From: a phage
Length of the DNA stretch: 64,000 nt
Reading direction: 5' to 3' (one strand)
Sequence record: PX441839.1
In this document: positions 1-10,687 of the stretch, one piece after another
How positions within the stretch are numbered: position 1 is the stretch's first letter
Layout: each line of letters starts with the position of its first letter
The notes under the pieces: generated by a model
Database searches by the model: none
Told to the model about the DNA's origin: nothing
What the model saw: only the letters and a program-made list of their open reading frames with translations
Translations under genes and position numbers: made by a program

Positions 1-573
1 GCAAGGTCTTACCGTAAAGGGACTAACCTGAATGTTGTTCTTAATGACCTTATTTCTGATCTTAAGTTGCCGAAGGGGAGGGTTGTAAATTTCTCCGGTC
101 AAACACTTCAACACTCTATGGCATTCTCTGGCACCGCATCACAAAACCTAGAAAATCTGGCGAGAAACACAGGATCTACCTTCTCTGTACAAGATGGGGC
201 GGTATACTGGACAAGAGAGGGTTCCAGATTTGAAAGCACGATGTTTGAGATATCCGAAGATGGCGGGATGGTTGGATCGCCAACACCAAAAAACCCCAAA
301 ACGGGCAAAAGAAGATTGGCACAAAGATCTGGAAAAGAGACCGTTGCCGATGCAAGTGAGAAGAAAAAGGCAGAGGTTAAGGAAGATGCTGGCCTATCTG
401 TGACCACGCTCCTAAACGGAGCTATTCTCCCTGAGTCAACAATATACCTCAAGAGTAGAAGGTACACAGGGTTTTATAAGGTGGTGTCTTTGAGACATAG
501 GGGTGGTTTTGAGTCAGGAGATTGGATCACTGAAATGGATCTTTCAGAAACCCGTGGGGAATTAATTAAGTAA
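1..573 (+). CDS. Tail/baseplate protein, C-terminal fragment (gene starts upstream of the window)
   Basis: Frame 1 is open from nt 1 to the stop at 571-573; sits directly upstream of the baseplate gene set; no specific motif recognised. Confidence 0.4.
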   Translation, partial: ARSYRKGTNLNVVLNDLISDLKLPKGRVVNFSGQTLQHSMAFSGTASQNLENLARNTGSTFSVQDGAVYWTREGSRFESTMFEISEDGGMVGSPTPKNPKTGKRRLAQRSGKETVADASEKKKAEVKEDAGLSVTTLLNGAILPESTIYLKSRRYTGFYKVVSLRHRGGFESGDWITEMDLSETRGELIK

Positions 574-582
574 GGTTACTTT

Positions 583-1230
583 ATGGCTTCCGTAGATCGT
601 TATGATGCTGCATATAATGTGTTTATCAGCAGGTATGTTAGAAACAACCTTCATACAAACATACGTGGAAAGGTTGTTGGGGTAGATTACAGTGGACCAT
701 CAGTAGATGTTCAACCAATGACCTATACCCAATTCCCATCAGGGACAAAAGATTCCTATCCTGTTATTTATGATGTCCCCATTCTCCTTCCTTCTGGGGC
801 AAATGGAAAGGCCAGGTTGACAATGCCTATCAAAGTTGGGGATATAGTTGGCCTGTCGTTTTCAGAGAGAAACGAGAGCGATGTCATGGATATGAACACC
901 CACCAGCTATTCCCAGGTTGGGCAGTGACTCAAATATTCACAGACGGGAACAGGAAACCAATAGACCCTGATAACGTTGTCCTTGAGAACGATAAGTCGA
1001 TTATGACCTATAAGCCAGATGGGACTATGACATTCAAAAACCCTTCTGTCAACATCGAGGCAAAACCAAACGGCCAGGTCTTTGTGAATGGCTGTGAGAT
1101 AACCCCTGACGGAAACGTGATAACCAGGGCTGGTGTGAACCTTAATGAATTTTGGCAGAAATATGTATCTCACGTCCACCCAGGTGTCCAATCAGGCGGG
1201 TCTTCAACTCAGCCAACAACACAAGTTTAA
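583..1230 (+). CDS. Baseplate spike/assembly protein (gpV-like by position and size)
   Basis: 215 aa ORF first in a V-W-J-I-fibre-chaperone-like order; tight spacing to neighbours. Confidence 0.35.
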   Translation: MASVDRYDAAYNVFISRYVRNNLHTNIRGKVVGVDYSGPSVDVQPMTYTQFPSGTKDSYPVIYDVPILLPSGANGKARLTMPIKVGDIVGLSFSERNESDVMDMNTHQLFPGWAVTQIFTDGNRKPIDPDNVVLENDKSIMTYKPDGTMTFKNPSVNIEAKPNGQVFVNGCEITPDGNVITRAGVNLNEFWQKYVSHVHPGVQSGGSSTQPTTQV

Positions 1231-1239
1231 GGAGATTAT

Positions 1240-1764
1240 GTGGCTACAAATTTCGTCGATTTTGCTCTGGACCCTTTGACAGGGGATCTTGATTTCTCAG
1301 GACAGGCTATCAACCTAATTGAGTCCAATCAGTTGTCCCTGAGGCAGAGGCTGTACCTCAGGTTTGCGGTATGGGCAGGAGATTGGTGGTTTGATGAAAC
1401 TTTCGGATTTCCATATAGAGCCTTTATTTCGAAAAAGACCATCAAATCAGTTCTTGACGGCAGAATAAAATCTGAGGTGAGAATGGAACCTGATGTCATG
1501 GAGATATCTGAGTTCCGGTCTGAGATGGACGTTGTCAACAGGACATATCAATGTTTCTTCACTGTCGTTACCCAAGAAGGTATTGAGGTGAATATGGCCT
1601 TTATGGGCCAAGACAACTTCGAATACCCAACACCTCCAGAAAGTAACGTATCTCTGTGTGGTGATGAGGGAGTTGTAATCCAGTTCAAGAATAAACTGTA
1701 CTACTTAATAAACTTCCGTTTACCATCCTATGGTGATGCCACTTGGGTAAATACTTGGAAATAA
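1240..1764 (+). CDS. Baseplate wedge protein (gpW/gp25-like by position)
   Basis: 174 aa ORF between the V-like and J-like genes; followed by a terminator. Confidence 0.35.
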   Translation: MATNFVDFALDPLTGDLDFSGQAINLIESNQLSLRQRLYLRFAVWAGDWWFDETFGFPYRAFISKKTIKSVLDGRIKSEVRMEPDVMEISEFRSEMDVVNRTYQCFFTVVTQEGIEVNMAFMGQDNFEYPTPPESNVSLCGDEGVVIQFKNKLYYLINFRLPSYGDATWVNTWK

Positions 1765-1771
1765 TAATAAA

Positions 1772-1796
1772 GGGAGCTTCGGCTCCCTTTTCTTTT
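1772..1796 (+). terminator. Rho-independent terminator
   Basis: GGGAGC-TTCG-GCTCCC hairpin followed by a T-run. Confidence 0.6.
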
Positions 1797-1858
1797 AATT
1801 CGTATCTGAATATGATAAAATACGACTATCGCCTAATTTAGGAGCACAGGAGGAGACT

Positions 1859-3346
1859 ATGGCTTCCAATTACGGCTTGACAAGCAGCGGATTCAACCTC
1901 CCGGCTCTTGATGACCTGACGGAGGAAACCAAGAAGGCTTTCCGCCAGGCTTTCGGAGAAAACTTCAATACCGGAAGTAACTCAGTTGCTGACAAGCTGA
2001 TCTACATTCTCAACGAGAGAGAATATCAACTTTATCTTTTAATGGCCTCTGTTTATTCTGCTCAAACAATGCAGGGTGCCGAGGGAATCTATCTTGACGA
2101 TTTGCTGGGTAAAAGAGGTATTTACCGCTTAGGCAAAACAAGAAGTACCGGGACAGCAGTTCTTACTGTTGACGCTTCCGTTCCCTACAATATGATCTAT
2201 AACGCTTCCAGTTACAGCATTGACGGTGGAAACTACGAACTGGCAACTGATGTTCAAGTAGCAGGGAACATCATAGCACAGGTGATCAGAGGAACTGATC
2301 TGGTTGTTGGTAATTATAGATTAACAATTCAAAACGTCAATGATCAATCTCAAAGGACAGTGACCCACAACCTCACCGCAACGAGCGGTGCCCCTCTGAC
2401 AGTTTTCTTTAACGTCATAAAAGATTTCATTGTCACAAACACCATTTTGTCCAACCAAGACCGAATTGTCATTGATTCGGTAGAGGGTGCCATCTACATT
2501 GGATACAACACCAGCAAGGAGATGATTGGACTTTCAAGCCGTGTTGATTTCAGAACATCACCGCTGGCAGGGAATAAGACAATCCTTATTGATGTAAGAT
2601 CGGTAGAGCCAGGTGCAATATCACGAGAGGCACACAGTATTAGGTCGATCTCTCCAACCCCTAGTGGTTTTGTTGCTATAGATAACCTGAGTGCATTTAC
2701 CGATGGTTCAGACGTAGAGTCAGATAACGAGTACAAGCTTCGTGGGGCCATGTCCGTTAACTCAGGGAAGGCAACCCGACCTGCTATCCTCTCTGCCCTT
2801 TTGAACGGAGTGGAAGGGATAGAGAAGGTTCGCATATTCAACAACAATACGGATAAGACTAACGCACTAGGTATCCCACCTTATCGCTTTCAGGTTGTTG
2901 TTTATGGTGGCACAACAGAACAGATCAGTCAAGTCCTTTATGATACGATAGCGGCATCTAATAATACCTTTGGTACAACTTTCCACGACATCACTACAGA
3001 GGATGACCAGGTGGAAAGAATATGGCACACAAAGGCATCAGAAAGAAGGTTAGCTATTCGAGTACGCTACAGAGGACGACCGTTGTCTATGACTGAGGAG
3101 ACAGCCATTGCAAACGGGTTGGTCACGATAGTTAACGGATCTAATATCGCAGACACGATCTACAACGTTCAGTTGGTAGGTACAGTAATGAGTTCCACAA
3201 CACCGGGTAGATTCACCCAAGTGTTTGTAGATATTAAGAATAAAGGGGCACCTGATTCGGAATTTGTAAACTCTGACATAACAGCAGGTGTTACCGAGGT
3301 ATTCAACCTTGAACCGGAAGATGTCCAGTTCAGCCAAGTTGTGTAA
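1859..3346 (+). CDS. Baseplate J-like protein
   Basis: 495 aa ORF in the baseplate J position; SD GGAGGAG upstream of the ATG. Confidence 0.45.
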   Translation: MASNYGLTSSGFNLPALDDLTEETKKAFRQAFGENFNTGSNSVADKLIYILNEREYQLYLLMASVYSAQTMQGAEGIYLDDLLGKRGIYRLGKTRSTGTAVLTVDASVPYNMIYNASSYSIDGGNYELATDVQVAGNIIAQVIRGTDLVVGNYRLTIQNVNDQSQRTVTHNLTATSGAPLTVFFNVIKDFIVTNTILSNQDRIVIDSVEGAIYIGYNTSKEMIGLSSRVDFRTSPLAGNKTILIDVRSVEPGAISREAHSIRSISPTPSGFVAIDNLSAFTDGSDVESDNEYKLRGAMSVNSGKATRPAILSALLNGVEGIEKVRIFNNNTDKTNALGIPPYRFQVVVYGGTTEQISQVLYDTIAASNNTFGTTFHDITTEDDQVERIWHTKASERRLAIRVRYRGRPLSMTEETAIANGLVTIVNGSNIADTIYNVQLVGTVMSSTTPGRFTQVFVDIKNKGAPDSEFVNSDITAGVTEVFNLEPEDVQFSQVV

Positions 3347-3354
3347 GGTGAATT

Positions 3355-4005
3355 ATGGCAGAAGAAGTAGATAACGTCACGGTGAAAGACGTTAACCACA
3401 TCCACCCTCTGCCCAATTTCGTCCAAGAGGGTATAGATTACATACCCTCTAATCTTTTCGAAGGAAAAGAAAACTTCCTTAAAACATTGACCATCTTTCT
3501 TGAAAGGCTGGAGAGCATAGATAAGAAGATGGTTGAGATGGCAGAAATGAGGACGATCCTCAATGCCGAAGGGGAGAACCTGGATGAGATAGGCAGACAA
3601 CTGGGGATCTTTAGAAACGGCCTCAACGACCCTGAGTACAGGGCAGTTATCATGATTCTTACAGGTAACAACTCTAAGAGTGGGACCAGAGCCGATATTA
3701 TTGCAACTTTGAAGCAACTATTCGGTGATGAGGGCGTTACAACATACAAGGGTCATAATTACAGGCTGGATATAAATATATTCAACACCTGTATGGAAGT
3801 CACTGACATACTTCCGCAAATATTGGATATGTTGCCCCTTGTCACCCACCTCCGAGTTGTAGAAAACAACGGATATCCTTTTGGGTTTGAGGGCGACAAC
3901 CAATCTTTTGGTTGGTCGTCAGTTTGGGATGAAAGGCCAACAGGCGCGGGTGGAATGGCATCACTGATCTATGTGTCCGATGATGAAGACCCTTTCTTTT
4001 CTTGA
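3355..4005 (+). CDS. Tail protein I-like baseplate component
   Basis: 216 aa ORF immediately after the J-like gene and before the tail fibre gene. Confidence 0.4.
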   Translation: MAEEVDNVTVKDVNHIHPLPNFVQEGIDYIPSNLFEGKENFLKTLTIFLERLESIDKKMVEMAEMRTILNAEGENLDEIGRQLGIFRNGLNDPEYRAVIMILTGNNSKSGTRADIIATLKQLFGDEGVTTYKGHNYRLDINIFNTCMEVTDILPQILDMLPLVTHLRVVENNGYPFGFEGDNQSFGWSSVWDERPTGAGGMASLIYVSDDEDPFFS

Positions 4006-4018
4006 GGAGATTTTATAA

Positions 4019-5509
4019 ATGGCTAAACCACGCAGCCAGCTTGTCGTTTGGGCAAGACAAGATGTTGCTTTGCCAAACACTGGCAGGATCAACAAAGTAA
4101 AACCTATTGATGACCTGTTGAATAAGGGTTATGATAAAGGTCAGAAGCCAGCGGCAGAAGAATTCAACTACATCTTGAACATGTGTACCGATTGGGTACG
4201 ATACATGCACGATGAGAAATTTCCAGAGTTTGAGAGGCAGATAGAAGAGAAGCTTGAAGCCTTCAAAGACGAGATGGAAAAGGAGATGGACAAGGTCCGT
4301 GGGGAAATGGACCAATTGGAAGCCTCTGTTAATAATAAACTGGCGGCTTTTGAATCTTACCTTGTTCCAGTAGGGGCGGTTATTGCTTGGCCCTCTACAA
4401 CAATACCGAAGGGTTGGTTAGAGTGTAACGGACAAGGTTTCAATATTGGTCAGAACCCCCGTCTGTATGCGGCACTCGGAAGAGGTAACGTACCGGATTA
4501 CCGTGGATTGTTCTTGCGAGGATGGGCACACGGTTCTGGTGAATATGATCCTGATGCAGGAAGGACTCTTGGCTCCATTCAGGGTGATGCCATTAGGAAC
4601 ATCACAGGTCGATTCGCTGCTGACCACGGTGAAACATGGATCATTGGTGCCTACAACGAGGGGGCCTTTTATGATGCAGGTGTTGCTGGGTCTGGTGACA
4701 AGGGCGGGAAGGCAAACGAAACCCGTCAGATCCGATTTGATGCCAGTCGTGTTGTACCAACTGCGCCGGAAAACCGACCTAAGAACATCGCAGTAATGTA
4801 CATCATAAAGGCAGATGCTGCAACGGCAACTGGTGGTAATGTCCCAACAGGACTGGAAGTGACACCTGAAACATTTGAGGGCCTTGTAGGTTCTACTTTC
4901 AGAGCCTCTGCTCAAGTTCTTCCAACGAACATGGCTCCTCAGTATCCTGTATCGTGGACCAGTCAAAACCCAGCAGTGGCAACTGTGGACGCCCAAGGTA
5001 ATGTAAGAATTGTTGGTCAGGGGACAACAAGCATTATCGCATCAATATCTTCTGGGATGAACTCTAGGATCTCCATTGTGGGTCACAAACCTCTTACTGG
5101 CCTCTCTATCGCCCAGTTTGAAAATTTAGAGGTCGGTGGGAGCATAAGGACGACTGTAGCAAGAATACCATCTGATTCAACAGAACCCTTAATCTTCTCC
5201 ACTGGCAACACAGGGATCGCCAACGTAACTCAAGATGGGGATGTTGTTGGGGTTGCAGAGGGAACAACTACCATTTCTGCAAGGGGTCGGTTCACAGGGA
5301 TAACTGCCAGAGCAAGCATAACCGTTGTTCCAGAAGAGGTTGTGACAACTGTTGAAGACATTATGCTGGGTATTGAACAGCAAGCTCCAAACGCTGCACC
5401 AAAAGGATGTGTAATAACATACGTCGATGGTGGTGAAAACATGGAGTATGTCAGATATAAGCCCATCCAGAAGAAGGTAAATGGGGTGTGGGTAACTATT
5501 GAGGGTTAA
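4019..5509 (+). CDS. Tail fibre protein with phage tail-collar domain and bacterial Ig-like (Big_2-like) repeats
   Basis: Motif VGAVIAWPSTTIPKGWLECNGQGFNIGQNPRLYAALG matches the tail-collar signature; C-terminal repeats such as PVSWTSQNPAVATVDAQGNVRIVGQGTTSIIAS look like Big_2. Confidence 0.7.
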   Translation: MAKPRSQLVVWARQDVALPNTGRINKVKPIDDLLNKGYDKGQKPAAEEFNYILNMCTDWVRYMHDEKFPEFERQIEEKLEAFKDEMEKEMDKVRGEMDQLEASVNNKLAAFESYLVPVGAVIAWPSTTIPKGWLECNGQGFNIGQNPRLYAALGRGNVPDYRGLFLRGWAHGSGEYDPDAGRTLGSIQGDAIRNITGRFAADHGETWIIGAYNEGAFYDAGVAGSGDKGGKANETRQIRFDASRVVPTAPENRPKNIAVMYIIKADAATATGGNVPTGLEVTPETFEGLVGSTFRASAQVLPTNMAPQYPVSWTSQNPAVATVDAQGNVRIVGQGTTSIIASISSGMNSRISIVGHKPLTGLSIAQFENLEVGGSIRTTVARIPSDSTEPLIFSTGNTGIANVTQDGDVVGVAEGTTTISARGRFTGITARASITVVPEEVVTTVEDIMLGIEQQAPNAAPKGCVITYVDGGENMEYVRYKPIQKKVNGVWVTIEG

Positions 5510-5511
5510 TT

Positions 5512-6027
5512 ATGAAGATGGAAAACTTTGAAGTTTACTCTCCAGAATTTAAAAGGTTTGGAGAGGGCGTCCAATATTTTAGGGATGCAGAAGGAAGAGA
5601 CTTCTATGAGAGTCGTGATCTTTTCACCAAGAAGTATTGCGTGTTCTACGACGAGCATGGGGTTGTAAGGGGTATCTGCAAATCAGTGGAGGTTACGAGG
5701 GGGAACCCTAACGGTCTATCTATTGCAGATCTCAACTCCTTGCCCAGAGGGTTTGAGATGTTCAAGGGTATCTGGAAATTCGACGGAAAGAGGATAATTC
5801 CTTGTGATTTTGACCCTGCCATAACAACCAAGATGCGGAAGGATAAGTTATTCAAAGCTCTTGCCTCACGACTTGCCCCTCTTCAAGATGCTGTTGAATT
5901 GGAGGAAGCCACAGAGGAAGAGACCTTGGAATATAAAAGGCTCCGTTCATTAAGGGTTAAGCTTCTCCGAGTCCCAGATGACGAGTCCCCTAGTAATGTA
6001 GCTTGGGAAGATTTCTCGGGTATTTAA
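5512..6027 (+). CDS. Tail fibre assembly chaperone (Tfa-like)
   Basis: 171 aa ORF directly downstream of the fibre gene; C-terminal LAPLQDAVELEEATEEETLEYKRLR resembles the conserved Tfa C-terminus. Confidence 0.55.
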   Translation: MKMENFEVYSPEFKRFGEGVQYFRDAEGRDFYESRDLFTKKYCVFYDEHGVVRGICKSVEVTRGNPNGLSIADLNSLPRGFEMFKGIWKFDGKRIIPCDFDPAITTKMRKDKLFKALASRLAPLQDAVELEEATEEETLEYKRLRSLRVKLLRVPDDESPSNVAWEDFSGI

Positions 6028-6067
6028 TAGCTGCCAGTGCCGACCCTGTCGGCACATAGGAGATAAA

Positions 6068-6406
6068 ATGATTCTTGATATAATGGCAGTTCTTAAAGCA
6101 CTCTGGGGATTTGCCACTTTTATTTTGTTGGGGATTCTCAAAATTACGTATTCTGACTTCAAAAAGATGCAGGAACGTCAGGACACTCTTGAGAAAGATA
6201 TTATCCGACTCAGGAGTGAGATGGTTACTAAGGACAGTCTTGATGATATTTTTGATCGGAAGATGAAACATATTCAAGACACTATCCAGGATATACGTGG
6301 GGATCTCGCAGACATGCGAGGAGAAACAAAGGACGAGGTTACTGCCTTACGTAATGAAATCAGGACTGTTTTGAATGTAGTTTTGGAGAGAAGCAACAGA
6401 CAATGA
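6068..6406 (+). CDS. Membrane-anchored coiled-coil protein (function unknown)
   Basis: N-terminal hydrophobic segment ALWGFATFILLGILKI followed by charged heptad-like sequence. Confidence 0.4.
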   Translation: MILDIMAVLKALWGFATFILLGILKITYSDFKKMQERQDTLEKDIIRLRSEMVTKDSLDDIFDRKMKHIQDTIQDIRGDLADMRGETKDEVTALRNEIRTVLNVVLERSNRQ

Positions 6407-6864
6407 TATCTTCCCTGTTCTACGGGATGTGCTTCCTGATTGTCCTTATGAACCCTTGCGTTCGTACAAAAATAATGGCGGGGCTATGCCTCGCCTATAT
6501 TGTAATAGAGAATATGATGCTTTGGTACACAATAACCAATGTTATCCATTTCGATATTACCCTTTATCATACCCTCGGGTGGATATTGGATTCAACTCTT
6601 TTGTTTGCAGTGGGTTGTGTTTTAAGAGGAAAGAGGCAGATCCTCATCATAGCTTCCGCAATACCCCTTATGGTGTCTCAAGTGTTAGCAATCCAATATC
6701 CTTCTATGTTCCCACCTGATGTATACCAGTGGGTAATTAAAGATGCTCACATGTATTTTATTGAGATGTTTATCTTCGCTCATTCTTGGAAAGACAACAC
6801 AGTAAAAGAGTGGTTAAAGACAGGAACAGTGTTGGGCCTTGTTGTTGCTGCACATTTAGTTTGA
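6403..6864 (+). CDS. Multi-pass membrane protein (function unknown)
   Basis: 153 aa with about four hydrophobic segments; start overlaps the upstream stop. Confidence 0.4.
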   Translation: MISSLFYGMCFLIVLMNPCVRTKIMAGLCLAYIVIENMMLWYTITNVIHFDITLYHTLGWILDSTLLFAVGCVLRGKRQILIIASAIPLMVSQVLAIQYPSMFPPDVYQWVIKDAHMYFIEMFIFAHSWKDNTVKEWLKTGTVLGLVVAAHLV

Positions 6865-6883
6865 TTGATATTACAGGTGGTAT

Positions 6884-7156
6884 ATGTTAAAATTCCTAAA
6901 GGACTTGATCCGGTCCACAACCGACCCTGCCAAGGCTTCACATACAAAGCTTTGGTCGAATATCGGTATGGCTTCAATGACTGCGGTGTTTCTCTGGTAT
7001 GGTTTCAAAGGAACCCTCCCTGAGTGGTATTTGTGGGTTTATGCCCCTTCCGTTGCTGCACCACAGTTATTTAGCAAACTGATCGCCCTTCGTTGGGGAA
7101 TAAACCCCAACCAGAAGAATACAGAAGATGAATTAAAAGGAGATCCTCGTGGCTGA
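6884..7156 (+). CDS. Small membrane protein (function unknown)
   Basis: 90 aa with two hydrophobic segments; stop overlaps the start of the long fibre gene. Confidence 0.35.
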   Translation: MLKFLKDLIRSTTDPAKASHTKLWSNIGMASMTAVFLWYGFKGTLPEWYLWVYAPSVAAPQLFSKLIALRWGINPNQKNTEDELKGDPRG

Positions 7157-10100
7157 TGATATTATTCAACTGATCAGTGCAGAAGCTGACGCCGCTGTTG
7201 ACCAAATCATTGAAGACTCTGTAAGGCTTCATAAAGTTGTAAATGGAACTGGAGTTGAGACAGTTGTAACAGAAGATGGTAGCATAATCCCTTCTGTTCG
7301 AAAAGCCCTGATTGACAACTTGTATTTTAAGACCCCTCCAATTCCTTGGAGACAAGGAACACAGGTAAGAGAGTTTAACCAACTTTATTCCTTTACCGAT
7401 GTAAACGGAAAAGCCACTTGGTGGTATGCACCAGGAGCTACAAACAGTTCACCAGTGACGCAAGGTGATCAGCCAGCTACGGATACAAGATGGAGAGTGT
7501 TCTTAGATGCTGGGAATATGGATGGGATCTATGCTCCGATCCTGTCTCCAGATTTCAAGGGAAATCCGAGAGTACCCACCCCTGCGGAAGGTGATGAGAG
7601 CACCTCAATTGCAAACACACTGTGGACAAAAAATGCGATAGCAAAAGCTATTGACATTGCACTTCCTAACTGGGATGATGCAATTTTTAACAACATCACT
7701 GTTAAAAATAATTCGGTGCTCAATAATCTCAGAGCAGACGGGCAGGTAACTTTTACTGGTCCGAAGGTCGATGCTGTTGATTCAGAGTTCAACCTTAAAA
7801 AGATCAATCTCGTCGGGGAAGATGCAGAAATAAATTTCCTTTGGTCTGATGGATCAGGTTACAGAACAAACCTGACACCCAACAAGATCTTCACTGCGGA
7901 AATGACGGCAAACAGGGTCAAAGGTTCGTATGTTGAATCAGGAGAACCTCGTGCTGTTGGAACAACTATGCGTGGGCATGGAGAGGCAATCTTTGATACT
8001 GTGCATATCTCAAAAAACGAAAGACAGCCAGTGGATGCAGACACATTATCTGTCACTGGGATAACCCGTGTTCAAAACCTCATTGTAGAGGGAGAGGCAG
8101 TAGGGATCAAGTCTAACGTAGATGGAACAACCATCGCACCGAGCAACATAAACAATGATGGGCATATTAATACCAAATCCCTGTATGTCTCCGAAGAGAC
8201 TCAATTGGATGGTATTACAAGGATCGGTGATGTAGAATTCTTAGGGACTGTCAAGGGACTTGATATGAATATCGAGTTCGACGAGATGAACCTTAAGAGT
8301 TTAAATGTCGCAGAATCCCTTGTTGTTGGTGGACAAACAACAATGTCTGCCGCTGTTATCGGAGATGTTGTTTTCACTGGATCTGTGGCGGGTATCGTAT
8401 TGCCACCTGCCAATGTCGATGGACAGGAAATAAAACCTGCCTCTGTTGAGACAGAAACTCTCGATGTGTTGGGAGAGACCGTTCTTGAGAACCTGACAGT
8501 AAATGGAACGGTGACTGGCATTGACATGTCTGTAGATGGAACAGACATATCCCCATCAAATGTTACGACAGGAAACTTAACCGTTAATGGACAGCTTACC
8601 ATGAACGGGGCTATCCAAATTAACAATATTGATGGTGACTCTGTCAAGACGAAAACGTTAGAGGTCTCCAACTTAGCAACTGTTCAGAATCTGACTGTTC
8701 CAGAGGAAGGGACTATAACGGGTTTTGGAAAGGTTGTCAATGAGCAAGATATCCTTCCAAACTCTGTCTCTGTAAAAGAGGGGTTGTCTGTAGGAGGAAC
8801 TACTAACCTGAGAGATGTGAACATCTCTGGGAAAGTAACTGGACTCAATCCCGATTTCGGGCCTGGTTCAACGATTACCTCTGACACGGTAAATGCTAAA
8901 ACGGTAAATGCTGATACTGTCAATGCAACTACTTCCAGGACTGGGAACATAACGGTTACTGGAAGGATCTTAGATGCAGAAGGAAATGATTTTGCTCTCC
9001 GTGTAAGTCCAGAACAGATTGGTGAAGCTATCAAGGTTCTTGATATCCAGCCAAAAACCATTGTTACTAAAGTCAGTGATGAGGATAAAGGATCTGTAAC
9101 CACAGGTACAATCACGGCTGATAATGGAAACATTGGAACTTTAGGGACCAGCAACCTCACCATGCAAAATGGTACGGTAAACGGATCTTTGAAGGTGATG
9201 GGAGAGATCCTGGACAAGGATGGAAACCCTGTTGCAATTATGGACATTCCGAGCATGATTGCTGGGAAGGACATCGCACCGAAGGACGTTAGATCCTCTG
9301 GCTCTGTAACTGCCGCTGTGGACCTTACCGTCAATGGAAAGGCCAAGGTAGGTGGAACCTTAGAAACAGGCTCTGTGACCGTTACAGGAGGTCTCAGCAC
9401 AACAGGCAGTGTCACTGTAACTGAGCAGCTATCTGTTCTTGGCAACGCTGTTGTTTCTGGAAGTCTACAGTCAACAGGTGCGGACATTGGAGGAACGACC
9501 TCTGTTGACAATCTGATTGTAGCTGGAACCCTTACAGATGCACAAGGGAACCCAATTGGATCTGTCGAGTCAATCACAGGGAAGGATATCAATCCTCGTG
9601 CTGTAACTGCAACTGGTAATATTTCCACAACAGGGACTATTACCGGACAGTCTGGTAGAGTAGATGAATCATTCACTGTAGGAACTGACCTTGGGGTTTC
9701 AGGTAAGTTGTCAGCAGGAGAGACAACACTTGGAGTCACAAAAACATCTTCTCTGGAAACAGGTCCAATAAAGACATCTGGAATATCTGTCCTTGAGGGT
9801 AGTATTTCGACAGGCAAAGCTGTGACTGTAGGAACTGACCTTACTGTAACAGACAATGCCGTCATCGGTCATGTAGATATGGATTTTGACGGTGATCGGT
9901 TGAAGGTTGTGGGGAACCAACGGGTAGAGGGGAACCTGTATGTAACTGGAAACATCAACGGGAACGTAGATATTTCTGGGCAGGATATTAACCCGAGATC
10001 TGTAACTGCCTCTGGTAATATTTCGGTTGCAGGTACAATTAGCTCCGACATTGGAGATTTCAACTCTGTCGAGATTGGTGTTTCTGGAACTGCGGTTGGC

Positions 10101-10637
10101 CTCAGGGTCCTCAATAATGCAACTTTTGCTGGAGATCTCACTGTCTCAGGAAAGGTCAATGCAACTATTGACCAATCCGAGCAAGATGTAGTGACAAAGA
10201 ACCTGCAAACTGGTAATATAACTGCAACGGCTATAACTGCTGGAAGTTTAAATGTTACTGGTGCTCTTAAGGCCCCGACTTCGGATGTTGAGGCAAACAG
10301 TGTCACTGCAAACAAGTTCATGGTCACACCTCAAGAAAGAACGCTAGATACTGGGGCATTTATCCCTGATGGAACAACCAATATCTACAATATTGTATTG
10401 ACACAGAATACAAGAATTGAGGCCCCTAGTCAACTTATTCAAGGTGGCAAGGGTGGTTCTATCATTATCTACTTGAACCAGGATGCAACTGGTGGTAGGG
10501 AGGTAACATTCTCCACAGAGTATCAAGCTCTTAATGATGGTGAAATAAATATGAACCCTAGTGGTGTTACTGTGGTCCAGTTGATGTATTCTGGACATGG
10601 AAGCATCATTGATACACTTATCCTTCCTAGAGTGTAA
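7149..10637 (+). CDS. Long tail fibre protein
   Basis: 1162 aa with many short G/T/V/N-rich beta-strand-like repeats (e.g. repeated TVNA at KTVNADTVNATT); fibre-like composition. Confidence 0.6.
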   Translation: MADDIIQLISAEADAAVDQIIEDSVRLHKVVNGTGVETVVTEDGSIIPSVRKALIDNLYFKTPPIPWRQGTQVREFNQLYSFTDVNGKATWWYAPGATNSSPVTQGDQPATDTRWRVFLDAGNMDGIYAPILSPDFKGNPRVPTPAEGDESTSIANTLWTKNAIAKAIDIALPNWDDAIFNNITVKNNSVLNNLRADGQVTFTGPKVDAVDSEFNLKKINLVGEDAEINFLWSDGSGYRTNLTPNKIFTAEMTANRVKGSYVESGEPRAVGTTMRGHGEAIFDTVHISKNERQPVDADTLSVTGITRVQNLIVEGEAVGIKSNVDGTTIAPSNINNDGHINTKSLYVSEETQLDGITRIGDVEFLGTVKGLDMNIEFDEMNLKSLNVAESLVVGGQTTMSAAVIGDVVFTGSVAGIVLPPANVDGQEIKPASVETETLDVLGETVLENLTVNGTVTGIDMSVDGTDISPSNVTTGNLTVNGQLTMNGAIQINNIDGDSVKTKTLEVSNLATVQNLTVPEEGTITGFGKVVNEQDILPNSVSVKEGLSVGGTTNLRDVNISGKVTGLNPDFGPGSTITSDTVNAKTVNADTVNATTSRTGNITVTGRILDAEGNDFALRVSPEQIGEAIKVLDIQPKTIVTKVSDEDKGSVTTGTITADNGNIGTLGTSNLTMQNGTVNGSLKVMGEILDKDGNPVAIMDIPSMIAGKDIAPKDVRSSGSVTAAVDLTVNGKAKVGGTLETGSVTVTGGLSTTGSVTVTEQLSVLGNAVVSGSLQSTGADIGGTTSVDNLIVAGTLTDAQGNPIGSVESITGKDINPRAVTATGNISTTGTITGQSGRVDESFTVGTDLGVSGKLSAGETTLGVTKTSSLETGPIKTSGISVLEGSISTGKAVTVGTDLTVTDNAVIGHVDMDFDGDRLKVVGNQRVEGNLYVTGNINGNVDISGQDINPRSVTASGNISVAGTISSDIGDFNSVEIGVSGTAVGLRVLNNATFAGDLTVSGKVNATIDQSEQDVVTKNLQTGNITATAITAGSLNVTGALKAPTSDVEANSVTANKFMVTPQERTLDTGAFIPDGTTNIYNIVLTQNTRIEAPSQLIQGGKGGSIIIYLNQDATGGREVTFSTEYQALNDGEINMNPSGVTVVQLMYSGHGSIIDTLILPRV

Positions 10638-10646
10638 TGTAAACAA

Positions 10647-10676
10647 TAGCCCCTACTAAGGGGCTATTTTACTTTT
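10647..10676 (+). terminator. Rho-independent terminator
   Basis: TAGCCCC-TACTAA-GGGGCTA hairpin followed by TTTT. Confidence 0.6.
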
Positions 10677-10687
10677 GAGGAGACAAA

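Noticed and set aside
8684-9865. 393 aa minus-strand ORF inside the long tail fibre gene
   Set aside because: Antisense to a long repetitive gene in a plus-strand operon; long antisense frames are expected in repeat-rich sequence. The same applies to 8201-8671, 9869-10327, 10344-10646 and 11165-11749.
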